A DNA stretch of 64,000 bases from the NCBI RefSeq assembly GCF_963921235.1, contig NC_086097.1:26848001-26912000 (forward strand), in the 5' to 3' direction. The position numbers and the translations under genes were made by a program. Under the pieces are notes generated by a model. The model saw only the letters and a list, made by a program, of their open reading frames with translations, searched no databases and was not told the DNA's origin. This document shows positions 1 to 13,900 of this stretch, in pieces. Origin of the DNA: Mobula hypostoma. Taxonomy: Eukaryota. Within the stretch, counting starts at the first letter, position 1. The number at the start of each line of letters is the position of its first letter.

Positions 1-58
1 TCACTGTATGTATGTTGTTTTTCACACTATTCTCCGTAAACTCTGGAGACTGTTGTGC

Positions 59-727
59 TGACAGGAAGATGGGTTGAGGGTGGATGTCCGGGAAATGGAG
101 GGGCCACCATTAGCAGTAGAGGAAGGGTAACCCCGTTCTTTGATGTCATGAAACCTAAAGTCCCATCTTGGAACAGATGCGGCAGAGATGGAGGAACTGA
201 AAAAAGGGAATGTCATTTTTACAGGAGACAGGATGGGAAGAGGTATAGTCAAGGTAGCTTGTCCGTAAGCTTATAAAATATATCAGTGGACAGCTTGTCT
301 CTAAAGATGGAGACAAAGTGATTGAGAAAGGGGAGAGGTGGACCAAGTGAATTTAAGAACTGGGTGGAAGTTGGAGGCAAAGCTGGTGAAATTGTTGAGC
401 TCAGCAGGGGTGCAGGAAGCAGCACCAGTGTAGTGCAGAGGGAGCTGGGGAGCATTACCAGGGAAGGCTTGGAACATGATCTGTTCCAAGTAGCCAGTGA
501 AAAAGCAAGTATAGCTAGGGCTCGTGCAGGGGCCCACGGCTATCCATTCTGTTTGGAGAAAGTGGGAGGAGCTGAAAGAGATATTGTTCAAGTTGAGGAC
601 CATTTCTGCCAGACGGAGGAGTGTGGTGGTGGAGGGAACTGGTTGGGTCTGTTGTTTACAAAAAGGCAAAAAGCATTAAGACCTTCCTGATGGAGAATAG
701 AAGTACATAGGGACTGGTCATGACATG
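59..727 (-). mobile_element. Degraded Penelope-like retroelement RT fragment
   Basis: Minus-strand peptides TTTLLRLAEMVLNLNNISFSSSHFLQT and SYLDYTSSHPVSCKN align with the Penelope RT at 28759-29690. Confidence 0.8.
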
Positions 728-815
728 GGGCTGCTGCTTAGCAGAGGTATTTATTTATATTTGTTGTAAATTTTTTTAATAACATTTATATGTTTTTAAC
801 GTTTTTATCTTTCAG

Positions 816-871
816 TTCAATTATTGCATCGATATTCCTTGGCTTATGAAGCAGTATCCTGAAGAATTCAG
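816..871 (+). CDS. TDP1: TDP1 coding exon (56 bp), FNYCIDIPWLMKQYPEEF(R)
   Basis: Acceptor ttttatctttcag, donor gtgagt. Peptide matches TDP1 FNYCFDVDWLVKQYPPEFR; phase fits the next exon. Confidence 0.93.
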
Positions 872-974
872 GTGAGTTGGGTCTTCAGGAAGTCGTCGAT
901 GCAGAAAATGCAGTCAGTAGTGAGAGATGAGTGCCTTGTTTAGAAAGGTGTTGAAGGACAAATGTGAGAAAATC

Positions 975-2848
975 TTGCTATGTTCATGGTTTTCTGCTGC
1001 TGTCGCCCATCCACTTCCAGGTTCAATGTGTTGTGCGTTCAGGGGTGCTGCACATCCCTGTTGTAACGTGTGGTTATTTACGTTACTGTCACCTTCTTGT
1101 CAGTTTGAAACAGTCTGGCCATTCTCCTCTGACCTCTCTTATTAACAAGACATTTCTGCCCCCTCATTGGATGTGTTTTTTTTTGTTTTTTTTTTAACAC
1201 CATTCTCTGTAAAATCTAGAGACTGTGTGCGAAAATCTCAGGAGATCAGCAGATACTGAGATGCTCAAGCCACCCTATCTGGCACCAACAATCATTCCCT
1301 GGTCAAAGTCAGTTAGATTACATTTATAGAAAAGTACTGCACAGAAACAGGCCTTTTGGCCCATTCAGTCCGTGCTGAGCCATTTAAACTGCTTATTCCC
1401 AGCGACCACAGCTCTCCATACCCCTACCATCCAAGTACCTATCAAAACTTCTCTTAAATGTTGAAATTGAGCTTGCATGCATCTCTTGCACTGGCAGCTC
1501 ATTCCACACTCTCATGACCCTCTGAGTGAAGGAGTTTCCCCTCGTGTTCCCCTTAAACCTTTCACCTTTAACCCATGACCTCTTGTAGTCCCACCCGACC
1601 GTGGAAAAAGCCTGCTTGCATTTACCCTATCTATACCCTCATAATTTTGTATACTTTTAACAAATCTCCCCTCAATCTTCTATGTTCCAGAAATAAAGTC
1701 CTAACCTATTCAATCTTTTCCTTGTTACTCTGGTCCTCTAGACCCGTCAACATCCTTGTAAATTTTTTCTGTATTCTTTCAACCTTATTTACGTCTTACC
1801 TGTAGGTCGGTGAGCAAAACTGCACATAATACTCCAAATTAGGCCTCGCCAATGTCTTATACAACTTCAACATAACATCCCATCTCCTGTACTGAATACT
1901 TTGATTTATGAAGAGCAATGTACCAAAGCTTTCTCAATAACCCTATCAACCTGTGGCACCACTTTCAATGAACTATGGACCTGTATTCCCAGATCCCTTT
2001 GTTCTACCACACTCCTCAGTGCTCTGCCATTCACTGTGTAAGACCTACCCTGGTTGGTCCTACTGAAGTGCAACGTCTCGTACTTGTCTGCATTAAATTC
2101 CAGCTGCCAATTTTCAGCCCACTTTTCCAGCCCGTTCAGATTCATGCAAGCCACAATAGTCTTCCTCGCTGTCTATTACATCCCCAGTCCTGGTGTGATC
2201 TGCAGATTTGCTAATACAGTTTATCACATTACCATCCAGATCATTGATATAGATGACAAACAACAATGATCCCAGCACCGATCCCTGCGGCACTCCACCA
2301 GTCACAGGCCTCTGGTTAGCGAGGCAACCATCTGCTACCACTCTCTGGCTTCTCCCACAAAGCCAATGTCTAATCCAATTTACTACCTTGTCTTGAATGC
2401 CCAGCGACTGAATCTTCTTGACTAACCTCCCATGTGGGATCTTGTCAAATGCCTTGCTAAAGTCCTTGTAGTCAACATCCACTGCCTTGCCTTCATCAAC
2501 TTTCCTGGTAACTTTCTCAAAAAACTCTTATAAGATTGGTTAGGCACAACCTACTATATATGAAGCAATGCTAACTATCTTTAATCAGTCCATGTCTATC
2601 CAAATATTTATATATCTGGTCCCTTTAGAATACCTTGCAATAACTTTCCCACTACTGATGTCAGGCCCACTGGCCTATAATTTCCTGGTTTATTTTTAGA
2701 GCCTTTCTTCCCCATTCTAATGTTTGATCTGAACAACAACTGAACCATTTGACCTTGTGTGCTGAGTTGCTGCCATATGATTGTCTGATTAGATATTTGC
2801 TTTAACAAGCAGATGTTCAGGTGTATCTAATAAAGTGGCCACTGAGTG
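975..2848. mobile_element. Non-autonomous Tc1-like element remnant interrupted by a CR1 LINE
   Basis: Segments 975-1325 and 2705-2848 join and match the uninterrupted copy at about 44050-44515. Ends ...taataaagtggccactgagtg followed by TA. Confidence 0.6.
1326..2709 (-). mobile_element. CR1-type LINE, 5'-truncated and degraded
   Basis: Minus-strand RT motifs PGNYRPVGLTSVVGK, DFSKAFDKIPH, GVPQGSVLG..LF.IYINDL and EKWAENWQLEFN. Confidence 0.88.
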
Positions 2849-3577
2849 TATACAAAGGGTTAAGTGTGACCAGGTATGGAGCGAAGGTGTCTTTGGGTAT
2901 TGGTTTAAAACCCCACTCTGATTTCTACACTGAGAGTGTCTGATATCTGGAACACGTTGTCAAATACGGTGGTGGAACCTGATGTTGTGACGATTGTCCG
3001 TCATATCTGAAACTTTGTGTGGGAGAGTTTTTAAAAGTGGAAAAGCCGTTGCACTGGGCAGTTCCCCTCTCTCGACCTTGGAGGTCTGAGTCCAGTGGTA
3101 CGAGTAGTCATCACAGCTGGGGTCTTCCTTAGTTGCAGTGGATGACCATGACTCCTTCTGTGCCTTGTCATGCTCTTTGCTCTTCACGGAGTGTCGCAGA
3201 GCCACCTTCCCGGCCGTTGGATCTCACTGGAGATCCCATCCGTCCCGTCCACAAAAGCTGGCTTCACGTGCCAGGACTGTCTCACCTGTGTCAGGTAAAG
3301 TAACTGCTTACTCTAGACAGTGGCTACACCCCGGTGGATCAGGTAAACTGGTGGTTATTGTTACACGTATCAAATTGCAGTGAAAAGCTTGTCTTGCAAA
3401 CCATTCATACAGACTACACGGTACACTGAGGTGATACAGGTAAAACAACCACAACGTAGAATGAAGTGTTACAGAGAACCTGCAATGCCAGCAGACAAGG
3501 TCATGAAAAGGCAGCTTGTGTGGTCAAGAGTCCATCTTGTCACTCTTGGGAATGGTTCAATAGTCAGTGGGGTAGAA

Positions 3578-3770
3578 CAGCGGTCCCCAACCATTGGGCC
3601 GCAGACAGGTACCGAGCCGCGAGGAAACGATATGAGTCAGCTGCACCTTTCCTCATTCCCTGTCATGCCCACTGTTGACTAACACCACCCCCCCCACCCC
3701 GTCGGCTGGTCCACAAGAGTATCGTCAATATTAAACCAGTCCGCGGTGCAAAAAAGGTTGGGGGCCCCTG
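3578..3770. mobile_element. hAT (Charlie-like) MITE
   Basis: TIRs CAGCGGTCCCCAAC / GTTGGGGGCCCCTG. Same family, reversed, as the outer element at 24467-25235. Confidence 0.7.
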
Positions 3771-4062
3771 GGACCGAAGATGTCCTTGAGCCATGCTCTC
3801 GGCTTTTGTATCTTCTGGCCGGGGGAAGAGAGGATGTTTGGGGTGGGTGGGATCTTTGATTTTGTTGGCTGCTTTACCTCAGCAGCAGGAGGTGTAGACA
3901 GAGTCCACGGAGGGGAGGACCCAGCAGCGATCGGTGGTCTATGTTCTGTAAGGTGGAGCCTGTGTCCTGTTGTGTCCTGGCTGATGCAGAAGAAGACTGA
4001 AATGCATCAGGAAAGCCCCTTCCCCTCACCTTCTCTATCTCTCTCTCAACCTTCGATTGCAG

Positions 4063-4159
4063 GACCAAGCCCTTGCTGATTGTCCACGGCGAGCAGAGAC
4101 TGGCAAAGGCACAGCTGCATGAGGAAGCTCATCCCTATCCCAACGTCCGCCTCTGTCAG
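4063..4159 (+). CDS. TDP1: TDP1 coding exon (97 bp), TKPLLIVHGEQRLAKAQLHEEAHPYPNVRLCQ
   Basis: Pyrimidine tract plus tgcag acceptor, gtaagc donor. Matches TDP1 [32 protein letters not shown]. Confidence 0.94.
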
Positions 4160-6535
4160 GTAAGCGTGTAGTCGGTCAGGAGCTCAGTCCCTCGTGCTGT
4201 TTAATGTGAAGCCCGCTGTACTAGTCACTGGTCAGACCACATTTGGAGTATTGTGAGCAGTTTTGGACCCCCTAACTGAGAAGGGATGTGCTGGCAATGG
4301 AGGGGGGCCCAGAGAAGGTTCGTGAGAATGATTCCAGGAATGAACGGGTCTGGGCCCGTTTGTGAAGATTTGGCATGTCATCTAAAACTTTGACAAACGT
4401 AGATAAGTGGTGGAGAGTACATTGGCCTGGTATGGAAACACCAATGCCCTTGGACAGAAAAGCCGAGAAAAAATAGTGGATACGGCTTGGTCCATGATGG
4501 GTAAAGACATCCCCATCATTTAGCACATCTATATGAAGTGCTGTCACAGGAGAGCAGCACCCATCATTGAGGATTCTGATTCTGACATGACCATATACTT
4601 CCCAACGCTGTATTCCATCTGCCTCCTCTTCGTCCATTCTCCTATATCCAAGTGAATTTCATCAGAATCGGGTTTATTATCATTGACGCTATGTGGTGGA
4701 GTTTGTTGTTCTGTGGCGGCAATGTAGTGCAAGGCATTTTTAAAAACAAGCTATAATAATGAAATAAATAGTGCAAAAGAGGGATAGTGAGGTAGTGTTC
4801 ACAGACCGTTCAGAAACCTGATGGTGGAGATTATTAAAAGTTGTTAATGTACCTGCCTCAACCCCCACCTCTGGTGGCCCATTTCATGTATGGACCACCC
4901 TCTGAGTGGAAAAGGCGTCTCCTAAGTTTCCTTTTAAATCTCTTCTCTCTCACCTTAAACCTGTGCCCTCTAGTTCTTGATTTCCCAACTCAACCCTTGG
5001 AAAGAGACTGCACATTCTGTGTACCTTTGCACGAATATTTCTTCACCGCACCATCCTACAGATGGTGAATAATTTATTTTTATTTATATAGAGATACGGC
5101 GTAGAGCAGGCAGCACCCGGAGGAAACCCACGCCTCATGAGAAGGATGTACAGACTTCTCAGAGAGGATGCTGGGGTTGAGCTCCAAACTCTTGTTGCCT
5201 TGGTATGTAATAGTGTAGCACCAGAAGTTACACTACCATGGCGTCCCTAGTGATAAATATTCACTGGTCTCTTGCATCCCATCCGGAAGTACAGGCAAAT
5301 GTTTTATCGTGTGTTGCATGTAATTTGCAACTCCATTCTCTGCAGTCCCCATTTCAATTATCCACCAATTAGTGAAAGTCAGGATTTCTCCACCAGAGGG
5401 CAGCCTTGCCTGCTGGTGAGTGGATTTGGGGGAATGTCAGGTTGATGATGTTGCCTGTACCGTGGTGATGCAGGTTCACCTTTCTGGGTGTGGTTCTCCT
5501 GACAGTGGTGTGCATGCATCCCACAGTAGCAGCTGATGGCTACTTTCCCACTTTTTAACCATAAAACAGGAGCAGATTTGGGCCATTTGGCCCATCGAGT
5601 CTGCTCTGCTATTCCATCATGGCTGATTTATTATCCCTCTCAACCGCATTTTGCTTGTTCCCTGTGACCCTTGACGCCGTTACTAATTAAGAACCTGTCA
5701 AATTTCAGTTTAAATGAACTCAATGACTCGCTTGTAGTATTGAATTCCACAGATTTACCACCGTCTGGCTAAATTCCTCCTCACTTCTGTTCTAAAGAGA
5801 TGGCTTTCTATTCAGAGGCTGTGCCTTTTGGTCCTAGACTCCCCCACCATAGGAAACATCCTCTTCACATCCAACCTAACTAGGCCTTTCAATATTCAGT
5901 AGGTTTCATTGAGATTACCCCCTCATTCTTCTAAACTCCAGCAAATACAGGCCCTGAACCATAAAATGCATTTCATACATTAATCCTTTCATTGATTATG
6001 CTGGCTGCTTTATTCAGGCATTGAGAAGTGTAGACAGAATCTGTGGAGAGGAGGACCCAGCACAGATCCACGCGGCACAGAACTGATCACAGACCTCTGA
6101 CCTGAACAACAACTCTTCCACTGTCTCCTTCTGCCGAACCAATTTTACATCCAATTGGTTAGCTTACCCTGGATCCGATGTGATCAATCTTACAAACCTG
6201 TTATGGAGTCGCCATAGAGGAGGACAGCACAGAAGCAGACCCTTCAGCCCATCTAGTCTGTGTCAGCCTCTTTTCTGCCTAGTTCCATCTACCTGCGACT
6301 AGACCATAGCCCTCTTTATCTCTTTCTTATCCATGTACCCATCTAAACTTTCCTTCAATCTTACAATTGAACCTGCATCTTCCACTTAGACAGCTTGTTC
6401 CACTCTTGCACCATCCTCTGAGTGAAGTAGTTTCCCTTCAGATTCTCCTGAAGTATTTCATCTTCCACTGTAAACCTATCACCTCTTGTTCTGGTCTCCC
6501 ATCCTGAGCTTGAAAACCCTGCAGGACTTTGTGGG

Positions 6536-8255
6536 ACATAGAAACATAGAAAACCTACAGCACAATACAGGCCCATCGGCCCACAAAGCTGTGCTGAACA
6601 TGTCCTTACCTTAGAACTACATAGGCTTTACCCATAGCCCTCTATTTTTCTAAGCTCCATGTAGCCATCCAGGAGTCTCTTAAAAGACGCTATCGTTTCC
6701 GCCCCCACCACCTCTGCCGGCAGCCCATTCCACGCACTCACCACGCTCTGTGTTAAAAAACTTACCCGACAGCTTCTCTGTACCTAGTTCCAATCACTTT
6801 AAAACTATGCCCTCGCGTGCTAGCCATTTCAGCCCTGGGAAAAAGCCTCAGACTATCCACATGATCAATGCCTCTTATTATCTTGTACACCTCTATCAAG
6901 TCACCTCTCATCCTCCATCGCTCCAAGGAGAAAAGGCCGAGTTCACTCAACCTATTCTCATAAGGCATGCTTCCTGGTCCAGGCAACATCCTTGTAAATC
7001 TCCTCTGCACCCTTTCTATGGTTTCATGTTTCCTGTAGTGAGGCGATCAGAACTGAGCACAGTACTCCGAGTGGGGTCTGACCAGGGTCCTATATAGCTG
7101 CAACATTACCTCTCTGCTCTTAAACTCAATCCCACGATTGATGAAGGCCAGTGCACTGTATGCCTTCTTAACCACACAGTCAACCTGTGTAGCAGCTTTG
7201 AATATCCTATGGACTCGGACCCCAAGATCCCTCTGATCCTCCACACTGCCTAGAGTCTAACCATTAACACTGTATTCTGCCATCATATTTGACCTACCAA
7301 AATGAACCACCTCACACTTATCCGGGTTGAACTCCCTATCGATGTCCTGCTGTAACCTCTGACAGCCCTCCACACTATCCACAACACTCCCAACATTTGT
7401 GTCATCAGCAAATTTACTAACCCATCCCTTTACTTCCTCATCTAGGTCATTTATAAAAATCACGAAGAGTAGGGGTCCCAGAACAGATCCCTGAGACACA
7501 CCACTGGTGACTGACCTCCATGCAGAATATGACCCGTCTACAACCACTCTTTGCCTTCTGTGGGCAAGCCAGTTCTAGATTCACAAAGCAATGTCCCCTT
7601 GAATCCCATGCATCCTTACTTTCTCAAAAAGCCTTGCATGGGGTACCTTATCAAATGCCTTGCTGAAATCCACCTACACTACATCTACTGCTCTTCCTTC
7701 ATCAATGTGCTTAGTCACATCCTCAAGGAATTCAATCAGGCTCCTATGGCACGACCTGCCTTTGACAAAGCCATGCTGACTATTCCTAATCATATTACGC
7801 CTCTCCAAATGTTCATAAATCCTGCCTCTCAGGATCTTCTCCATCAACTTACCAACCATTGAAGTAAGACTCACTGGTCTATAATCCTACTCCCTTTCTT
7901 GAATAAGAGAATAACATCCACAACCCTCCAATCCTCCAGAACCTCTCCCGTCCTCATTGATGATGCAAAGATCATTGCCAGAGGCTCAGCAATCTCCTCC
8001 CTTGCTTCCCACAGTAGCCCGGGGTACATCACCTCCGGTCCCGGTGACTTATGCAACTTGATGCTTTCCAAAACCTCCAGCACATCCTCTTCCTTAATAT
8101 CTACACACTCAAGCTTTTCAGTCCGCTGCAAGTCATCCCTACAATCGCCAAGGGCTTTTTCCATAGTGAATACTGAAGCAAAGTATTCATTAAGTACCTC
8201 TGCTATTTCCTCTGGTTCCATACACACTTTTCCACTGTCACACTTGATTGATCCT
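6536..8255 (-). mobile_element. CR1-type LINE, 5'-truncated
   Basis: RT peptides KSPGP, SQHGFVKGRSC, QGSVLGPLLFVIFINDLD and KFADDT. 3' tandem tail seen as ACATAGAA repeats at 6536. Confidence 0.9.
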
Positions 8256-8719
8256 TCTTGAAGGCCTTACTGAAGTCCAGGTATACAGTGTCTACCGTTC
8301 TGCCCTCCTAAATCTGCAAAGCTTGTTTGTTTTAAATGATTGCCCTCTAGTTGAAGCCCTATTATCCTGCCCTTTCTCTGCAATTGTTTCTGAGCACTGC
8401 CCCAATTCCACACTCTCCTGTCTACTCCAATTTCCATTGCTGTGGAGACCCTGCACTCCAAAATTCCTGCCCTAAAACCTTCCCACTCTGCTCTCCACAA
8501 CTCGTTTTTCTTTAGGTGGACGCTGGTTTTTAGAGCTCCTGATTGGCCAGTTTACAACTGTGCAGGCATTAAGTAAGCGCAGGTTAGGATTGTCTAAGAT
8601 AGCCTAACGGGAACAGAGACAGAGAGGAAGGAGCTGAAGGATGTGATTGTGTGGCCAGTCCTATTTGCTTTCTCACTGGAAAAGGGGAATGGGTCTGCAT
8701 TTTTATAGCATCAACACAA

Positions 8720-8920
8720 CAAATGCTGGAAATCCAAAGCAACATACAAAAGTTATTGGAGAAACTCAGCAGGTCAGACAGCATCTATGGAAATGAAGAA
8801 ACAACGGATGTTTTGGACTAAAACCCTTTTTCAGGACTCGGCCTGAAATATTGACTGTTTATTAATTTCCATGATGCTGCCTGACCTGCTGAGTTCCTCC
8901 AGCATTTTGTGTGTTTTGCT
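8720..8920. mobile_element. Palindromic short derivative of the Penelope 3' region
   Basis: Arms aactcagcaggtcagacagcatc / gatgctgcctgacctgctgagtt meet inside the degenerate hammerhead motif. Confidence 0.7.
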
Positions 8921-9064
8921 TTTTATAACACTCTGAGTTACCTTCCAGCCATTCAAATGCACATTTTGCAGTTTTGTATGGGGCACTTTGCGATTCCAGA
9001 AAACACAGTGATTGGATGATTAGTTCTGTTGCTCACGGTTGAGGAGCCTGATGGGTAAGTGTTT

Positions 9065-9400
9065 CCATGGCAGTGACTCGGTAAGAGCGCCAACATCAGG
9101 ACAGAAGGCATGAGTTCGAATCCCACCTCAGCTGCTGGGTAATTTAAATTCAGGTTATGAAGTAATCCTAGAATTAAAATCTAGTGCCAGTAAAGGTGGT
9201 GGTGGAATACACAGATTATAATAAAATTGCCTCCGGATCCCTTGTGTTGCCCTTCAAAGGAAATCAGCCACTTGACTGACCTGTACCGGACTCCGAACCC
9301 ATCTGCATGGTTGACTCTGAGTGCCCTTTGGAGTGACCAGAGGGGTGCAAATAAGGATGGACAATAAACATCGGTCTTTTCAGCCATTTGGCCCTCGTAG
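9065..9400 (+). mobile_element. Old tRNA-derived SINE
   Basis: B-box-like GAGTTCGAATCCC at about 9112, followed by a body resembling 32660-32850. Family not assigned. Confidence 0.45.
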
Positions 9401-9798
9401 AGAACGTACAAATTCCTGACAGACTGCGGCAGAGTTGAACCAGAGTCACTACCATGCCACCAAAGATAAGGCAGAGGCAAGTTCAGTTCTAGTGGTTAAA
9501 AGACAGGTGACAGGTACCTGGATGGGAGAAGTTTAGGGTAGGGGTTCCCAAACTTTTTAATGCCGTGCTTCAATACCATTAAGCAAGGAGTCATTCGACC
9601 CCAGGTTGGGAGCCCCTGGTTCAGTGGGATATGGGCCAAATGCAGCAAATGGGACTGGCTTGGATGTAAGTTTGGTCAGCGTGTGCAATTTGGTTTGAGA
9701 AGTGTTTTCCTGCGCTATTTGTATGCCTTATCGCAGTTTCTGTGTATTTTTGCTGTTAATTTGACGGCTGTGTAATAAAAGCTTTTTAATGTTTTCAG

Positions 9799-9833
9799 GC
9801 GAAGTTGGAAATTGCCTATGGGACCCACCACAC
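9799..9833 (+). CDS. TDP1: TDP1 coding exon (35 bp), AKLEIAYGTHH(T), with the first HKN histidine (nucleophile)
   Basis: ttttcag acceptor, gtaagt donor. Matches TDP1 AKLDIAFGTHHT. Confidence 0.93.
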
Positions 9834-10629
9834 GTAAGTAAGCAGGTTTTTGAGTACCAAGTACTGAATGATGTGTTATGAGGTACCATGGTGATGTTCT
9901 TTCCCGTTGGCCCAGAATTCACCAGGTCATTCAGAGTTTGGGAAGCACTGAAACTAATTCCCTCTCCATTGGAAAGAAATAAAGGCAAGAGAAAGCCATT
10001 CGTCCCTCACGCACACCTTACCACTCAACATCACAGCTGACACCACCAGGTTCAGGAGCAGTTGTTACCCTATAACCATTAGACTCCTAAGCCAGCGTGG
10101 ATAACTTCATCACTGAACTGATTCCACAATCCACAGACTCACTTTTTAGGACTTATGTTCTCAGTATTATTTTATTTGCAGAGTTTGTCTTTCTTTGCAC
10201 ATTGGATCAGAATACAAGCAAGTCCCTTTAGAACAGTGACGAGGAAGAATTTCTTTAGCCAGAAGATGGTAAATTGCTGGAATTCATTGTCACAGTCCAA
10301 AGACATAGTGGGTAGGTTAATTGGTCATTGTAAATTGTCCCATAATTAGGTTAGTGTTAATCGGGGTTGCTGGAATGGTATGGCTCGGAAAGCCAGAAGG
10401 GCAAACTCTGCAGCTGTATCCAATAGATGGCTGTGGAGGCCAAGTCACTGGGTATATTTAAATTAGAGGTTGATAGGTTCTTGATTAATAAGGAGGTCAA
10501 AGGTTATGGGGAGAAGTGGCAGATGACACAAAGGTTGGAGGTGTTGTGGATAGTGCGGAGGGCTGTCAGAGGTTACAGTAGGACATCGATAGGATGCAAA
10601 ACTGGGCTGAGAAGTGGCAGATGGAGTTC

Positions 10630-10659
10630 TTTCTTTCTTTCTTTTTAAATCTTTTTATT
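10630..10659 (-). terminator. L1 polyadenylation signal and patterned A-tail
   Basis: Minus strand reads AATAAAAAGATTTAAAAAGAAAGAAAGAAA directly before the TSD. Confidence 0.8.
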
Positions 10660-10990
10660 GAGTAAGTATACAAAAAAGGTAAGCCATATAAACATTAATA
10701 CAATGTTAAAGTATAATAAAATTCCAAAAGATAACAATACCAAAAAGAAAATACTACAAACAATGTAATTTAAGCATAAGAAACCAAGATAACATAATAG
10801 TATACTAGATTTTATATATATCAATGGAAAAAAAGAAAAAAAAAACCCCAAAAAAAAACCCACCGTGCAACTAACTAAAAGCAAAGCAAAGCAATGGGCT
10901 AACTTGAAACCAAACAGAGTTAAACTTAAAATCACGTCCTCAATCCCGACCTCCATTAAAACAGTGAAGAGAAAACAAGAAGGGTAAATA

Positions 10991-13900
10991 TTACATTAAA
11001 TGAAAATATCGAATAAAAGGTCCCCAAATCTGTTCAAATTTAAATGAAGAATCATAAAGGTTACTTCTAATTTTCTCCAGATTCAAACATAAAATCGTCT
11101 GAGAAAACCAAAAAAAGGTAGTTGGAGCATTAAGCTCTTTCCAATGTTGTAAAATACATCTTTTCGCCATTAAAGTAAGAAATGCAATCATTCTACGGGC
11201 TGAAGGGGAAAGATTACTAGAAATTTTAGGTAGTCCAAAGATAGCAGTAATAGGGTGAGGAGAGATATCTATATTTAATACCTTAGAAATAATATTGAAA
11301 ATATCTCTCCAAAAAGTTTCCAAAGTAGGGCAAGACCAAAACATATGAGTTAAAGAGGCTATCTGCCCCGAACATCTATCACAGAAAGGATTAATATGCG
11401 AGTAAAAACGCGCTAACTTATCTTTGGACATATGTGCTCTATGAACCACTTTAAATTGAATTAGGGAATGTTTAGCACAAATAGAGGAAGTATTAACTAA
11501 TTGTAAAATCTGCCCCCAATCATCCACAGAAATGGTAAGCCCCAATTCCTGTTCCCAATCTACCCTAATCTTATCAAATGGAGCTTTCCTAAGTTTCATA
11601 ATAATATTATAAATCATAGCCGATGCACCTTTCTGACATGGATTAAGGTTAATTATCGAATCTAAAATATATATAGGAGGAAGCATTGGAAAGGAAGTAA
11701 GTATAGTACTTAGGAAATTTCTAACTTGTAAATATCTAAAAAAATGTATTCTTGATAAGTTATATTTGTTAGATAATTGTTCAAAAGACATAAGGGAACC
11801 ATCTAAAAATAAATCCAAAAACCGTAAAATACCCTTAGTCTTCCAAATTTGAAAAGCGCGATCCGTAAAAGAGGGAGGAAAAAATATGTTACCTAAAATA
11901 GGAATCGCTAACCCGAATTGATTAAGATCAAAAAATTTTCTGAATTGAAACCAAATGCGCAAAGCATATTTAACTATCGGGTTAGAGACCTGCTTAAGAC
12001 GTTTCGAATCAAAAGGAAGAGAGGAACCTAAAATAGAACCAAGTGTATAACCCTGAACAGATTGTAATTCCAATGCTACCCATTTAGGAATAAATAGTAT
12101 GTCCCGATCAAGTAACCAAAATTTCATATGTCGAATATTAATAGCCCAATAATAAAATCTAAAGTTAGGTAATGCTAAACCTCCATCTCTCTTAGCTTTC
12201 TGTAAATGTATTTTACCCAGTCTCGGATTCTTGTTCTGCCAAATAAATGAAGAAATTTTAGAGTCAACTTTATCAAAAAAAGATTTAGGAACGAAAATTG
12301 GTAATGCCTGAAACACATATAAAAATTTTGGCAAAAAAAACATCTTAACTGCATTAATACGACCAATCAAAGTTAAATATAAGGGAAACCATTTAGATGA
12401 AAGTTGAGTAATATGGTCTATTAATGGTAAAAAGTTAGTCTTAAATAAATCTTTATGTTTACAAGTAATTTTAATCCCAAGATATGAAAAGTAATTATTA
12501 ATCAATTTAAATGGAAATTTATAATATAAGGGAAGATGTTTATTAATCGGAAAAAGTTCACTCTTACTAAGATTTAATTTATAACCTGAGAAAAGACCAA
12601 ATTGTGCTAATAACTCTAAAACAGCAGGAATGGATCTCTCAGGATTAGAAATATATAAAAGTAAATCATCAGCATAGAGTGATAATTTATGGGACTTTAA
12701 TCCCCGAGTTATCCCAGTAATATTTAAAGATTCTCGAATAGCAATTGCAAGAGGTTCTAATGCAATATCAAATAATAGGGGACTAAGAGGACAACCTTGT
12801 CGAGTACCACGAAAGAGAGGAAAAAAAGGTGAGTTTAAGGAGTTAGTACGAACCGAGGCTACAGGGGAGTAATATAACAGTTTAATCCAGGATATAAATT
12901 TCAAGCTAAAATTAAACATTTCAAGCACCTTAAATAAATAAGGCCATTCTACTCTATCAAAAGCTTTCTCGGCATCTAAAGAAATAACACACTCAGGAAC
13001 ATTTTGTGAGGGAGTATAAACGATATTTAACAATGTACGAATATTATAAAAAGAGTAACGACCTTTAATAAAACCCGTTTGGTCTTCCGAAATAATAGAA
13101 GGAAGTACTTTTTCTAGTCTATTTGCTAATAACTTAGAAAAAACTTTAGAATCAACATTTAATAAAGATATTGGTCTATAAGATGCACATTGAGCAGGGT
13201 CTTTATCCTTCTTTAGTATTAAAGAAATTGATGCTCTATTAAAAGATTCCGGAAGTTTACCAAGTTTCAAAGAAGCCTCAAAAACCTTATAGAGCCAAGG
13301 AATCAATAAAGAAGCAAAACATTTATAAAATTCAACGGTAAACCCATCAGGGCCAGGAGCTTTCCCCAGATTCATAGAAAAAATAACATTCTTAATCTCA
13401 TCCATTGTAATGGAAGTATCTAATAAAGAAGACATATCCTGTGAAATCAGAGGGAAGTCTAACTTATCTAAAAAATCATTCATATATTTAGAATCTCGAG
13501 GAGACTCTGATTGGTATAAAGAAGAATAAAAATCACAAAAGGTTTGATTAATCCCCACATGATCCAATATCAATCGATCATTTTGGTTATAAATCTGATT
13601 GATTTGAGATTTAACATAATTAGATTTCAATTGATTAGCCAGCAGCTTGCCAATTTTATCACTGTGAACATAAAAATCACTTCTTGTTTTCTTTAATTGG
13701 TTTACAATCGAGGACGAGAGTAGTAAACTGTGTTCCATTTGAAGTTCAGTTCTTTGTTTGTATAGCTCCTCAGAAGGAGCCATAACATATTTCTTATCAA
13801 TTTCTTTAATCTTGTCCACAATTACCATCTCCTCCTGCTTCTGTTTCTTCCTCAAAGCAACGGAATACGAAATAATCTGACCCCGAATATAGGCTTTAAA

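Noticed and set aside
2960..3300. GC-balanced segment (and 27585-27925) resembling a retroelement UTR or SINE
   Set aside because: I could not establish family, termini or TSDs from the sequence alone.
10645..10956. 103-aa hydrophobic minus-strand ORF
   Set aside because: It is a by-product of the T-rich L1 3'UTR.
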